The notes: generated by a model from the letters alone, not told the origin. Counted from the stretch's first letter, positions 33,366 to 40,961 are shown. The stretch is DNA of 64,000 nucleotides from an uncultured virus (IMG/VR IMGVR_UViG_3300030376_005178) (IMGVR_UViG_3300030376_005178); one strand, 5' to 3'. Program-made: numbers and translations.

Positions 33366-33571
33366 TAGCAGCCTTCTGAATCGTGTACATATTCTTCAAC
33401 TGGTTCAGTCTCATAAAAAGCAGGACTAAATTCCCTAGTTAATACTGTTCCCAGTTCTTCTTCTACGCTTTTAGTAATCTCTAAACATTGATTACCTGTT
33501 ACACCAAATATCTCTGCAGTTACATTACCATCTTGTCTAATGGTGTACTTAACTGTTTCCTGTTTTGCCAT
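33365..33571 (-). CDS. DUF2997 family protein (host-like)
   Basis: TIRQDGNV..E..GVTGNQC...T..VEEELG pattern; adjacent to ycf35 as in cyanobacteria. Confidence 0.8.
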   Translation of the reverse strand: MAKQETVKYTIRQDGNVTAEIFGVTGNQCLEITKSVEEELGTVLTREFSPAFYETEPVEEYVHDSEGC

Positions 33572-33593
33572 AACTAAAAAAGCGAGTGTGTGT

Positions 33594-33600
33594 TATTTAG
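33594..33600 (-). promoter_or_regulatory. Late-promoter-like CTAAATA upstream of DUF2997-ycf35
   Basis: CTAAATA 23 nt upstream of the ATG at 33571. Confidence 0.5.
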
Positions 33601-33746
33601 AACTGTTTAGGATGTGTAATTACATCACCATGTATTTCGCCTATATCATCTATGTGTGCATGATCTATATCAACATGCAGACCCTTTTCATAGAAGTCTG
33701 CAATTCTCTCTAGAGCATTAGCAATGCGAGTTAATTCATCACTCAT
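33597..33746 (-). CDS. Small His/Asp-rich hypothetical protein (49 aa; start revised from 33917)
   Basis: MSDELTRIANALERIAD...HVDIDHAHIDDIGEIHGDVITHPKQF; ATGA overlap with 33743..33961. Confidence 0.65.
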   Translation of the reverse strand: MSDELTRIANALERIADFYEKGLHVDIDHAHIDDIGEIHGDVITHPKQF

Positions 33747-33961
33747 GGTTTTCCTGTTTTTACCTGTGTCTCTAGTATAGCGTCTTTTATAACAGTTTTC
33801 AACTGTCTTAACTTTTTCTTCCCAAGTCCTGCCCTTGTATCGATCTTTACCTTTAACCAGTATACAAATGTAAGTACTAGTAAAAATTGAATCCCTTCTG
33901 CCCAAGACATATTCCATGCCTCATTGAGATCGAGACTCGCCGCCGCCAGGAGGTTAATCAT
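33743..33961 (-). CDS. Small membrane protein
   Basis: Hydrophobic stretch GIQFLLVLTFVYWL followed by a basic tail; coupled to neighbours. Confidence 0.65.
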   Translation of the reverse strand: MINLLAAASLDLNEAWNMSWAEGIQFLLVLTFVYWLKVKIDTRAGLGKKKLRQLKTVIKDAILETQVKTGKP

Positions 33962-34101
33962 CTTCCTTGTCCTCTATAAGGTTTACGAGCCGAGTTTCGG
34001 GCGGTAGGGGAATATTTTGTATTCTTACCGTTCCCTTGTCTAGTTTTCTTTGGAGTCGTCTGGATTGTTGTTCCCGTTGGACTCGTGTACAGTTTCGCCA
34101 T
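33958..34101 (-). CDS. Small basic cyanophage protein (47 aa; start revised from 34170)
   Basis: MAKLY...PKKTRQGNGKNTKYS...RKPYRGQGR, a pattern common in cyanomyoviruses. Confidence 0.7.
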   Translation of the reverse strand: MAKLYTSPTGTTIQTTPKKTRQGNGKNTKYSPTARNSARKPYRGQGR

Positions 34102-34258
34102 TGTAAGTAGTATGAGAAATAATATCGGGAGACGGATAACCCGTCTCATAATAACACTGAGAGAGTTCAATCATTTTATCCATGAACTCCTCTTCAGAGA
34201 GACCTGTGAAGATCTCTCCTTCTTGTATGATTATATTATATAACTCTTGTCTTTTCAT
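34040..34258 (-). CDS. Hypothetical protein
   Basis: 72 aa, LSEEEFMDKMIELSQCYYETGYPSP; overlaps both neighbours in operon fashion. Confidence 0.6.
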   Translation of the reverse strand: MKRQELYNIIIQEGEIFTGLSEEEFMDKMIELSQCYYETGYPSPDIISHTTYNGETVHESNGNNNPDDSKEN

Positions 34259-34991
34259 GCCCTACACGGATACGAGGGTCACACCAGATATCAATTCCAG
34301 CATCGATTGCATCGAGACAGAATGAAACATCCTCTCCGCACATATCCTGTACCTCTCCACTCTCGAAGACTTGCATCTTAGGTGCGAACCAAGGATACTT
34401 CATCTTCTCATGTTCCCATACACCATGCTTGATAAGAACCCATCCAAATCCTGTGTAATCGACAGTAAATGGTTTCTTACGCTTAGACATGGTTTCACCA
34501 GTCTCATGATTCATGACTCCTCCGTTATTACGGAAGTTGTCCTCATCAAGCCAGTGAGCAACGGAAGTGGTTTGACCATCTTCTGTCATATACCAACCAG
34601 CAGCAATCTCCTTGTCCATAAGAACAAGTTGTAGGAACTTCTCTGTATTGAATACAATATCAGAGTCAATCCATAACTGATAGTCATACTTAAGTTTACC
34701 ATCCCAAGGTATCTGGTCTGGTCCTCTTAATACATTAGCACCAAGGCACTTGCATCTAGCAAAGTTTACCATTGATGAGTAGTCTTGTGAGATCTGTATA
34801 CTTACTCCATGTTGAACTAAATCAAATGCGAGTTGTACAAAATTCTTTAAGAACACATATGAGCAACCACGACCAGGCATACAGAAGACGACAGACTTGC
34901 CTCTTACTATTTCCCATGCTTTATCGTAGTCCCATTCTTGTTCAGTTTTCTTAGGCGGGTTCTTTGCCTTAACAGTAAATCCTTTAGCCAT
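34236..34991 (-). CDS. Glycosyltransferase-like (GT-A) conserved cyanophage protein
   Basis: WIDSD (DxD), VDYTGFGWVLI, GEDVSFC and RVGHEK motifs. Confidence 0.75.
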   Translation of the reverse strand: MAKGFTVKAKNPPKKTEQEWDYDKAWEIVRGKSVVFCMPGRGCSYVFLKNFVQLAFDLVQHGVSIQISQDYSSMVNFARCKCLGANVLRGPDQIPWDGKLKYDYQLWIDSDIVFNTEKFLQLVLMDKEIAAGWYMTEDGQTTSVAHWLDEDNFRNNGGVMNHETGETMSKRKKPFTVDYTGFGWVLIKHGVWEHEKMKYPWFAPKMQVFESGEVQDMCGEDVSFCLDAIDAGIDIWCDPRIRVGHEKTRVI

Positions 34992-35013
34992 AATGTTTTA
35001 CTTGGACATCAGT

Positions 35014-35042
35014 ATTATAACAGATTATATATGCACAGTCAA
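35014..35042 (-). promoter_or_regulatory. Sigma70-type promoter
   Basis: TTGACT-17-TATAAT with a TG extension, upstream of 34991; no 8-6-8 palindrome upstream. Confidence 0.7.
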
Positions 35043-35635
35043 CCGTGGAATGTTTCATTATAATATAAATTACCACTTACAGATATCCTTTCAACATCAG
35101 GTGTCTTGAATGGCATTACCATATGTAATAACCCAGATGGAAATATAAACATCTCTCCTACTTTAGGACTAAAGGTTTTCTTCTCTGTACCCCATGTAAA
35201 TGATATACTACCAGGTGCTGCAGCAGTCCCATGTACCTTTTCTTTATACTCAGGTATCTGTAAGTATAAAACAAACGACAAATCCCCCACATGGTTATGC
35301 AGACTCGTCATATCATGTGTCTTATAGTAATTAACCCATACATTATCAAACGCCCATTTCTTTAAATCCTCTTCAGGCATTATAGGCAATTCATTATGTC
35401 TAGCATATCCTAATAAGTATTTCTTTAAGTGTTTTGATACAAAACCTCCGAACCACTTTATATCGTCTCCATTAAAGTGCCATGCATTATCAAATGAGAA
35501 TGGTAACATAGGCGTTGCACTCTCACGCCCCTTGATCTTATTTGCCCGATCTAATATTATCTCTATTATATCGCTATTCAATGTAGTTTTCCACAGGTAT
35601 GGTCCCCATGTATAAGATTCAGTAAGAAGCATCAC
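35039..35635 (-). CDS. Putative 2OG-Fe(II) oxygenase
   Basis: WVN...HNH..DLSFVLYL, FIFPSGLLHMV and RISVSGN motifs. Confidence 0.8.
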   Translation of the reverse strand: MMLLTESYTWGPYLWKTTLNSDIIEIILDRANKIKGRESATPMLPFSFDNAWHFNGDDIKWFGGFVSKHLKKYLLGYARHNELPIMPEEDLKKWAFDNVWVNYYKTHDMTSLHNHVGDLSFVLYLQIPEYKEKVHGTAAAPGSISFTWGTEKKTFSPKVGEMFIFPSGLLHMVMPFKTPDVERISVSGNLYYNETFHG

Positions 35636-35786
35636 TCATATCCTCTTGTTCTACTTTAACTATTCGTAACTCTTCGTGCTTATTTACCCTCTCTTTAATC
35701 TTTTTCATTAACTGATCCTCATCCAGATTGATTAAATCTCCCACTGGATAGTTATGATCATCGTAGACATGGAAAGTTGTGTTCAT
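35619..35786 (-). CDS. Small hypothetical protein (55 aa)
   Basis: MNTTFHVYDDHNYPVGDLINLDEDQLMKK...SDASY*; ATGA overlap with the upstream gene. Confidence 0.6.
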   Translation of the reverse strand: MNTTFHVYDDHNYPVGDLINLDEDQLMKKIKERVNKHEELRIVKVEQEDMSDASY

Positions 35787-35947
35787 TCTTCTTCAATGTA
35801 AAGTCCGTCATCTGTGAGTGATATATTAACCTCTGTGTCTTCGTACCAGTTGAGTTCATTGACATATGACTCAGGAACTGCTATAATGTATTCATTGGTT
35901 ACATTATCGACTCTTATGGGGGTTTTGAATTTATCTGATTTTTTCAC
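35783..35947 (-). CDS. AbrB/MazE-like small DNA-binding protein (54 aa, GTG start)
   Basis: EYIIAVPESYVNELNWYEDTEVNISLTDDGLYIEE fits the swapped-hairpin pattern; first gene after the non-coding region. Confidence 0.6.
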   Translation of the reverse strand: MKKSDKFKTPIRVDNVTNEYIIAVPESYVNELNWYEDTEVNISLTDDGLYIEEE

Positions 35948-36215
35948 AATATGCGTGGACTGACCTATGATTTTATATATCAGAAATTTTTTTTCTAGAT
36001 TGATATCGAAAGGTCGAATTGGGTCGTTTATAGCTTATGAAGTAGGAACCCTATTAAAACACGCATCACGCCACACCACGATAACACATAAGAACAAAAA
36101 GACTGCCGATTAAATGTTATTAATTGCCTGGTGATTGCATCATATTAATTATATCATAATAATGCTAATCATGCAATGCTCGATGTTACATTGTGTCTTA
36201 TAATTGCATCATATA

Positions 36216-36351
36216 AAATGTTAATTAGTGTGCATATGTTAAATGTTAATTAGTGCATGTAATCATCATGAGACAAAATGTTAATTAGTGTGCCTCACAG
36301 TTGTTGACAATTAGTGCATGTAATATGCATGATGCTCAATGATAATTAGTG
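36216..36351. repeat. Five AATTAGTG direct repeats (three extended to AAATGTTAATTAGTG)
   Basis: Cores at 36223, 36248, 36283, 36309 and 36344; spacings 25, 35, 26, 35. Confidence 0.85.
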
Positions 36352-36384
36352 TGTCATGATTGTCTCATAGTTGTTGTTAATGTA

Positions 36385-36414
36385 ATTATAGCATATATGC
36401 TCTCTATCTGTCAA
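36385..36414 (-). promoter_or_regulatory. Consensus sigma70 promoter firing into the AATTAGTG array
   Basis: TTGACA-18-TATAAT with an extended TGn. Confidence 0.75.
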
Positions 36415-36416
36415 TA

Positions 36417-36582
36417 TGTGTGTGTGTCTTATGTTATATTATCTCTCATGTAATCATCATAATACAAAGTGTATATGAAGGGGGTGTATATAAGGGGTCT
36501 TATATGTAAACATCTGTGTGTGTCTTATGTTATAACAATAGGCATAATACTTCGAGTCTTATATGTTACAAACTGTGTGTCC
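36417..36582. repeat. GTCTTAT(AT)GT / TGTGTGTC repeats
   Basis: GTCTTAT at 36426, 36497, 36522 and 36556; TGTGTGTGTCTTATGTTATA occurs twice. Confidence 0.75.
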
Positions 36583-36587
36583 TCTAT

Positions 36588-36616
36588 TTGACATTATGCC
36601 GTGTCCATGTTATGCT
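36588..36616 (+). promoter_or_regulatory. Plus-strand sigma70-like promoter
   Basis: TTGACA-17-TATGCT with a TG extension; opposite to all genes. Confidence 0.5.
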
Positions 36617-36734
36617 CGCTTAGTCAACATCATAATGCCGCAATTAGACCCCTTAGAGTATCATTTAGTGGACACACAGTTAATGACATAAACAACGCAT
36701 ATATGTTTATAAAGGTATTTAAATAAATGCGTAG

Positions 36735-36743
36735 TTTTCCACA
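36735..36743 (+). promoter_or_regulatory. Cyanobacterial-type DnaA-box-like 9-mer TTTTCCACA
   Basis: Exact TTTTCCACA with an inverted partial partner GGGGAAAAC ~15 nt downstream. Confidence 0.4.
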
Positions 36744-36801
36744 ATTTGTATCATTTACGGGGAAAACACTTGTTTATACTTAGTGGTGCAATCTCTCAGA
36801 C

Positions 36802-37074
36802 TCATTGTGTATCAAGGGGTCTGTACTTTTGCGCCTGGTACATACTTAGTAGGGCATCTTCTGTGGAATTGTTGTTATTAACCACTTGGCAATCTTTCCA
36901 CTGGTGAGGATAAACTAGCATAGCAACTTTACAGGTTGGATGTAAACTATGAGCACAAGTTGACTCTTTTTCACTAACACAAAAGGTGATGTAATTGTCA
37001 TCAACAAATTGTACATCACCTATTATATTGTCATACTTAATTGTTAACCCAATTTTGAAGTCTTCTCTCTGCAT
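36802..37074 (-). CDS. Hypothetical early protein
   Basis: 90-aa ORF, last gene of the early cluster. Confidence 0.65.
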   Translation of the reverse strand: MQREDFKIGLTIKYDNIIGDVQFVDDNYITFCVSEKESTCAHSLHPTCKVAMLVYPHQWKDCQVVNNNNSTEDALLSMYQAQKYRPLDTQ

Positions 37075-37238
37075 GATACTAACTGGTGTAAGGTAGATGA
37101 TAACAAATCTTCAACATGTGCAGGTAATGTTGTATCTTTACCGTTCCATATTGTCTGATATTGTAATACAATAGCATGAAGAAAACTCAGTTGATTATGT
37201 GATAAATCCACTGAGTATTGTGATGATTTAGATGTCAT
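37044..37238 (-). CDS. Hypothetical early protein
   Basis: 64-aa ORF in the tightly packed minus-strand cluster. Confidence 0.55.
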   Translation of the reverse strand: MTSKSSQYSVDLSHNQLSFLHAIVLQYQTIWNGKDTTLPAHVEDLLSSTLHQLVSCREKTSKLG

Positions 37239-37253
37239 TTAGTGTACCTAGTC

Positions 37254-37400
37254 TCATTGTGATTGTTTATAATCTAGGGGCGAAATCGGGCGTGACTCGT
37301 TGTTACTAACTGAAGCATGTAATTGCTCAGGAAAGTTATTAAAATACTCTACAATTGCATCATAGTTAGTGATAACAACTGGTTGAGGATTAGTGTGCAT
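37254..37400 (-). CDS. Small hypothetical protein (48 aa)
   Basis: MHTNPQPVVITNYDAIVEYFNNFPEQLH...YKQSQ*. Confidence 0.5.
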   Translation of the reverse strand: MHTNPQPVVITNYDAIVEYFNNFPEQLHASVSNNESRPISPLDYKQSQ

Positions 37401-37443
37401 AAGATGATAATAAAAGGGGTGAATTGTGTTGTATTGAGTAATA

Positions 37444-37470
37444 AGAATAAGGGGGAAATGATCCCCCTAT
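37444..37470 (-). terminator. Intrinsic terminator-like hairpin
   Basis: AGGGGG-atcattt-CCCCCT followed by T-rich TATTCTT, immediately after the stop at 37473. Confidence 0.6.
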
Positions 37471-37472
37471 TG

Positions 37473-37769
37473 TTAACACTCTTCTATAACAAATAACTCA
37501 AAATCAATTACATTTAGATCTTCACTCATTATGTTAATTAGTGAGTGTAATTGCTTTTGTCCGTTACTATAAATGTTGAAATTTACAATGTAGTCAGTAA
37601 CACTAACTGGTTCGACAATTACATCATCTTGTTGATATTTAGAGATGAAATCGTCAAGCAATGTGTTAGCTACTGATGCAAATGCTATTTCACATTTAGC
37701 GACATAACCTTCAAAGAAGTTTATATCTTTTGCCAGTCTTTCAGGCGTTAAAGAAGATTTTCTACCCAT
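37473..37769 (-). CDS. Hypothetical early protein
   Basis: 98-aa ORF followed by a terminator. Confidence 0.65.
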   Translation of the reverse strand: MGRKSSLTPERLAKDINFFEGYVAKCEIAFASVANTLLDDFISKYQQDDVIVEPVSVTDYIVNFNIYSNGQKQLHSLINIMSEDLNVIDFELFVIEEC

Positions 37770-37772
37770 TAA

Positions 37773-37883
37773 TTACTCACCTACAAGTTCATTTAATACT
37801 GCTAATACATCATTTCCAGTTTTAGCATTTTCAAATACTTCTTCTAGGTCAATGTTAGCGAAAGGCACAGATTGAAGAGACAT
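37773..37883 (-). CDS. Small acidic protein (36 aa)
   Basis: MSLQSVPFANIDLEEVFENAKTGNDVLAVLNELVGE*; stop 3 nt before the next ATG. Confidence 0.5.
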   Translation of the reverse strand: MSLQSVPFANIDLEEVFENAKTGNDVLAVLNELVGE

Positions 37884-37958
37884 AATAATAAGAAATGGTA
37901 CAAAAATACCTCCACTATGTTTATAGTCCCGTAGAGGTGATTGGGGGGACTATGTATA

Positions 37959-38306
37959 TCAAACTACTTGTAAGTCTGGTGTATCAAGTATTATCATACC
38001 ATCAATAAAATCAACGGTTTGATTACACTTAGAAAAGAACCATTCAAACTTTCTTTGATATACTTTAGCACCACACATACACTCTTCTAAAATAGCATTT
38101 AGTCGAGATTTTGTGGTTACTGTTTCATATCCACATGATGACAATTTCAATGCCTTAGTGTTATGATCTAAGGTTGCAATATTGTGACCATGTAGTAAAA
38201 CTTGACTGCAATTTGTTGACTCGTTATAAAGAACAGTAGTGTTAGACCCTGCCCAGTTGCCCTTATTGGAAAGAGCGAAGTTCATTTGCTTTTCAAGTTT
38301 TCTCAT
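37959..38306 (-). CDS. Conserved cyanophage early hypothetical protein
   Basis: MRKLEKQMN...LHGHNIA...G.ET.TTKSRLNAIL...VYQRKFEWF; has its own early promoter. Confidence 0.75.
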   Translation of the reverse strand: MRKLEKQMNFALSNKGNWAGSNTTVLYNESTNCSQVLLHGHNIATLDHNTKALKLSSCGYETVTTKSRLNAILEECMCGAKVYQRKFEWFFSKCNQTVDFIDGMIILDTPDLQVV

Positions 38307-38340
38307 AAATCAAAAATGCTTTGGTTTGCTTTACTCTTTA

Positions 38341-38398
38341 ATTATACACGATTTAAGGGGCGTGTATACCACTAATGGGACACTTTGTCCAGTGGCAC
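38341..38398 (-). promoter_or_regulatory. Early promoter with 8-6-8 palindrome
   Basis: -10 TATAAT at 38341-38346; plus-strand GGGACACT-ttgtcc-AGTGGCAC at 38377-38398. Confidence 0.75.
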
Positions 38399-38436
38399 AC
38401 CTAAAATAACATTTAGCGTGTGCTACTTTATAATGG

Positions 38437-38616
38437 TTATTGACACATTGCCTCAAATCTTTGCATGGTAAGTTTCTCTAATGCGTCATTAGTTCCCTTA
38501 CTAAATGAACATAATTCGTTCATCATTTCAACAGTTAGTTTATTACTAACTCTGAATTCTTCCCATACTTCATCAAATAGTGATTCAAGTATGTTTTCAT
38601 TGTGTATACAACTCAT
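38437..38616 (-). CDS. Small hypothetical protein (59 aa)
   Basis: MSCIHNENILESLFDEVWEEF...QRFEAMCQ*. Confidence 0.6.
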   Translation of the reverse strand: MSCIHNENILESLFDEVWEEFRVSNKLTVEMMNELCSFSKGTNDALEKLTMQRFEAMCQ

Positions 38617-38618
38617 AG

Positions 38619-38822
38619 CTAATTACCCTCCCAGTTGTTAATAAATTGATCTAGTAATTGGATGTCTAAATCATCATCATCAAAGTCAATCTTTGCTGCT
38701 GATTGTACACCCCATTCATTCAATTCTATGGTGAATTCTTCCCAATTAGAGCAGAAACATGCCATGTTTTGAAAGTTATCTACATCCTTAATTCTTTGGA
38801 TTAAAGTATTAGTTTTGTTCAT
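38619..38822 (-). CDS. Acidic hypothetical early protein
   Basis: 67 aa with DFDDDDLD; coupled to the upstream gene. Confidence 0.65.
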   Translation of the reverse strand: MNKTNTLIQRIKDVDNFQNMACFCSNWEEFTIELNEWGVQSAAKIDFDDDDLDIQLLDQFINNWEGN

Positions 38823-39070
38823 TAATTGCCCTCCACTAATGATGAGAATTGTGGTAAACCTTTGGTATTGTCAGTAACAATGAAATCAAAGTTATTTACT
38901 CTGTTAAGTATATCATCACCCATGTTAAATGCGGTGACAATTCTTTTAGTTAATGTTTCACCATTAAATGTAAGAATTCTAAGGAATTTGTCTGTTATGT
39001 GTTGACCACTCCATGTTTTTACAGGATAGAAATCAACAACTACAGAACCAGATTGTGATTGAATTTGCAT
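38822..39070 (-). CDS. Hypothetical early protein
   Basis: 82-aa ORF, TAATG coupling. Confidence 0.65.
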   Translation of the reverse strand: MQIQSQSGSVVVDFYPVKTWSGQHITDKFLRILTFNGETLTKRIVTAFNMGDDILNRVNNFDFIVTDNTKGLPQFSSLVEGN

Positions 39071-39102
39071 AATAAAGAATGTGTAATTTGTGCTGTTAAG
39101 TG

Positions 39103-39417
39103 TTAAACTCCTTGTGACATTAGGAGATCTTTTAGATAATCTTCAGCACAATCTTGTGCCTCGTAAATATCATAAAACTGACCTAATTGCACAGAGCAAC
39201 CTGATAAACAACCGTCATAAGTGTAGTCCATTGATTGAACAACAAAACGATCATTTCCATAATGATAGATCGCAAGATGCGGATCTAGATTGTTATCTCT
39301 AGAGTATTTGTCAAACATATTTGAAGAGAATGTTTTAGTATACTCGAAAGATAGATAGTCATCAGTCAAATCTATTGACTGAGAGAAGAGAGATTTAGTT
39401 TTAATTGAATTATTCAT
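39103..39417 (-). CDS. Hypothetical early protein (104 aa; start revised from 39552, probably leaderless)
   Basis: The track's extra N-terminus is the promoter read in frame; ATG 39417 lies at the predicted +1. Confidence 0.65.
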   Translation of the reverse strand: MNNSIKTKSLFSQSIDLTDDYLSFEYTKTFSSNMFDKYSRDNNLDPHLAIYHYGNDRFVVQSMDYTYDGCLSGCSVQLGQFYDIYEAQDCAEDYLKDLLMSQGV

Positions 39418-39423
39418 ATTATT

Positions 39424-39482
39424 AATATAGCATAGATTAGGGTCAAAATCAAGGGATCTTGTGGCAGTTTGTTTACTGTCCA
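39424..39482 (-). promoter_or_regulatory. Early promoter with 8-6-8 palindrome
   Basis: TTGATT-17-TATATT; GTGGCAGT-ttgttt-ACTGTCCA at 39461-39482. Confidence 0.75.
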
Positions 39483-39667
39483 TTTCTATACTCTCCCATA
39501 AGGCATTTGCCGTACCATATCTCAGAGTGTCCGTACTCTTCGGATAAGTCAAGGCATAGACCCCAACACTCGTCTAAAGTCTTGAAAACTGTGTTTTCAT
39601 GTGGTGCAGATGCACACACTACAGCATAAGGTAATGCTGGATTAAAAGTGGTATTTGGATTGAACAT
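39473..39667 (-). CDS. Hypothetical early protein (64 aa; start revised, probably leaderless)
   Basis: MFNPNTTFNPALPYAVVC...CLDLSEEYGHSEIWYG; ATG at the predicted +1. Confidence 0.65.
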   Translation of the reverse strand: MFNPNTTFNPALPYAVVCASAPHENTVFKTLDECWGLCLDLSEEYGHSEIWYGKCLMGEYRNGQ

Positions 39668-39673
39668 ACTATT

Positions 39674-39732
39674 ATTATACACACAAAACCACCCCATTTG
39701 GGGGTTTTATGTGCCAGTTTGTCAACTGTTTG
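39674..39732 (-). promoter_or_regulatory. Early promoter with 8-6-8 palindrome
   Basis: TATAAT at 39674-39679; GTGCCAGT-ttgtca-ACTGTTTG at 39711-39732. Confidence 0.75.
39685..39708 (-). terminator. Terminator-like hairpin inside the promoter spacer
   Basis: AAAACCCCC-aaat-GGGGTGGTTTT on the minus strand. Confidence 0.55.
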
Positions 39733-39877
39733 CTATAGTATCTAAATTATTAATTACTGGTGCTAATTCGTCTAACTCGTTATCACTTAGGTCTATACTC
39801 ATTTGTTCTATACACCAGAGCAATAAGTCTGCTTGATGTTTATCAACTGTTACAGATTGTGCTGAAGTTGTTGTCAT
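39722..39877 (-). CDS. Small hypothetical protein (51 aa)
   Basis: MTTTSAQSVTVDKHQADLLLWCIEQMSIDLSDNELDELAP... Confidence 0.55.
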   Translation of the reverse strand: MTTTSAQSVTVDKHQADLLLWCIEQMSIDLSDNELDELAPVINNLDTIANS

Positions 39878-39911
39878 TGAAGGGGTTGTAATTAGAATGA
39901 GTTAGTGTTAG

Positions 39912-40061
39912 CTATTTAGTGAGGAATTCAAAGATAAAGTAATCTAAACTAACATTGAGTTCTTTACACTTTTCCTCATAATGTGCTAGACTCTCCTTGT
40001 TAGTTTCCAGATCAAAATAGTCGGTCTGGATGATAAACTCTTCAGGTAATTGTTGGTTCAT
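39912..40061 (-). CDS. Small hypothetical protein (49 aa)
   Basis: MNQQLPEEF...YEEKCKELNVSLDYFIFEFLTK*; ATGA overlap. Confidence 0.6.
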   Translation of the reverse strand: MNQQLPEEFIIQTDYFDLETNKESLAHYEEKCKELNVSLDYFIFEFLTK

Positions 40062-40306
40062 TGTTCCCAATAAAGAGCATTAAATTGAGCGATTGATAGA
40101 TAATCAGGGTCATGTAATCGTTCCAACTGTTTTATATCTTCTTCACCATCTTCATCATAACAAATGAATACAAATTCTTCAAGAAAATGTTCAACAGATG
40201 CTATATTCTCTCTTTCAATACATCTTAAAATGTCCCCAATTTGTTCATCATCAAAATTACATTCATCAATGCAAAATGCAATGTTTTGTTCTAACATAGT
40301 CATCAA
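40058..40306 (-). CDS. Acidic hypothetical early protein
   Basis: 82 aa, D/E-rich. Confidence 0.65.
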   Translation of the reverse strand: MMTMLEQNIAFCIDECNFDDEQIGDILRCIERENIASVEHFLEEFVFICYDEDGEEDIKQLERLHDPDYLSIAQFNALYWEQ

Positions 40307-40557
40307 TACTTACCTCCATTGTTGTTAGTGTCAAGGACAGTTTCATTGGTTACATTATCAACTAACTCTTCATATAATTCAGGATCATTTGTATAACTAA
40401 TTTCATCTTTTAATTCATTATCTGTTAGTTTCTCTAGAAATTCAATCATAGTTTGTGATACATAATGAATCAAATCTTTGTGATCCATACTATCAATTAG
40501 TATGTCAACATATGACACAATTAGTTCATCTTTCTGTTGTGAAGTTAATTGTTTCAT
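40303..40557 (-). CDS. Acidic hypothetical early protein
   Basis: MKQLTSQQKDELIVSYVDILIDSMD...; start chosen after the upstream stop at 40560. Confidence 0.65.
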   Translation of the reverse strand: MKQLTSQQKDELIVSYVDILIDSMDHKDLIHYVSQTMIEFLEKLTDNELKDEISYTNDPELYEELVDNVTNETVLDTNNNGGKY

Positions 40558-40559
40558 TG

Positions 40560-40826
40560 TTAGAAACTCCATGTGAATTGTGGTTGCTCAAGTATAATAT
40601 CTCTGATTCTTTCTCTATCTAAACTATCACCTCCACCCCATTGATATGTTACATTAAACCATCTTCCGTTATTACTTTCTGCCTCTTGTATCCTTTTACG
40701 ATATACTTTAAAAGCATCTAATATGTCATCCTTAGTTAAACCTTTTATAGGGTAGATTGTATCATCATGCTCACCATAAAATGACCAGATGTATTCAACG
40801 AAAGAGTTTAAATTAGTAATGCTCAT
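40560..40826 (-). CDS. Conserved cyanophage hypothetical protein
   Basis: FVEYIWSFYG...IYP...GGGDSLDRERIRD pattern. Confidence 0.7.
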   Translation of the reverse strand: MSITNLNSFVEYIWSFYGEHDDTIYPIKGLTKDDILDAFKVYRKRIQEAESNNGRWFNVTYQWGGGDSLDRERIRDIILEQPQFTWSF

Positions 40827-40829
40827 AGA

Positions 40830-40961
40830 TTAATAGTTGTGTAAAGTACGGTAGGGTTTGTAACAAAATTGGACTGCTTTTTCATCCTGTTTGTTATACT
40901 TATCAGAAAGAGATTTGTACTCTTTTGATGTTAAGATTGGTGGTAAATTAGGTCTGTTCAT
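40830..40961 (-). CDS. Small hypothetical protein (43 aa)
   Basis: MNRPNLPPILTSKEYK...KPYRTLHNY*; ATGA overlap. Confidence 0.55.
   Translation of the reverse strand: MNRPNLPPILTSKEYKSLSDKYNKQDEKAVQFCYKPYRTLHNY

Larger units (their letters stand above)
35950..36800. other. Long non-coding region, putative replication origin / control region
   Basis: No ORF of 60 aa or more; two repeat families, divergent sigma70 promoters, a TTTTCCACA box and AT-rich tracts. Confidence 0.55.

Noticed and set aside
36216..36582. CRISPR array
   Set aside because: Repeats are only 8-20 nt, the intervening sequences are themselves partly repeated, and no cas genes are present
37923..37953. ATAGTCCC/GGGACTAT hairpin as a terminator
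   Set aside because: 15-nt loop and no T-tract on the minus strand; function unsupported
40293..40355. Tenth 8-6-8 promoter
   Set aside because: Only one half-site (GGACAGT) and no good -10 at the 35-37 nt offset
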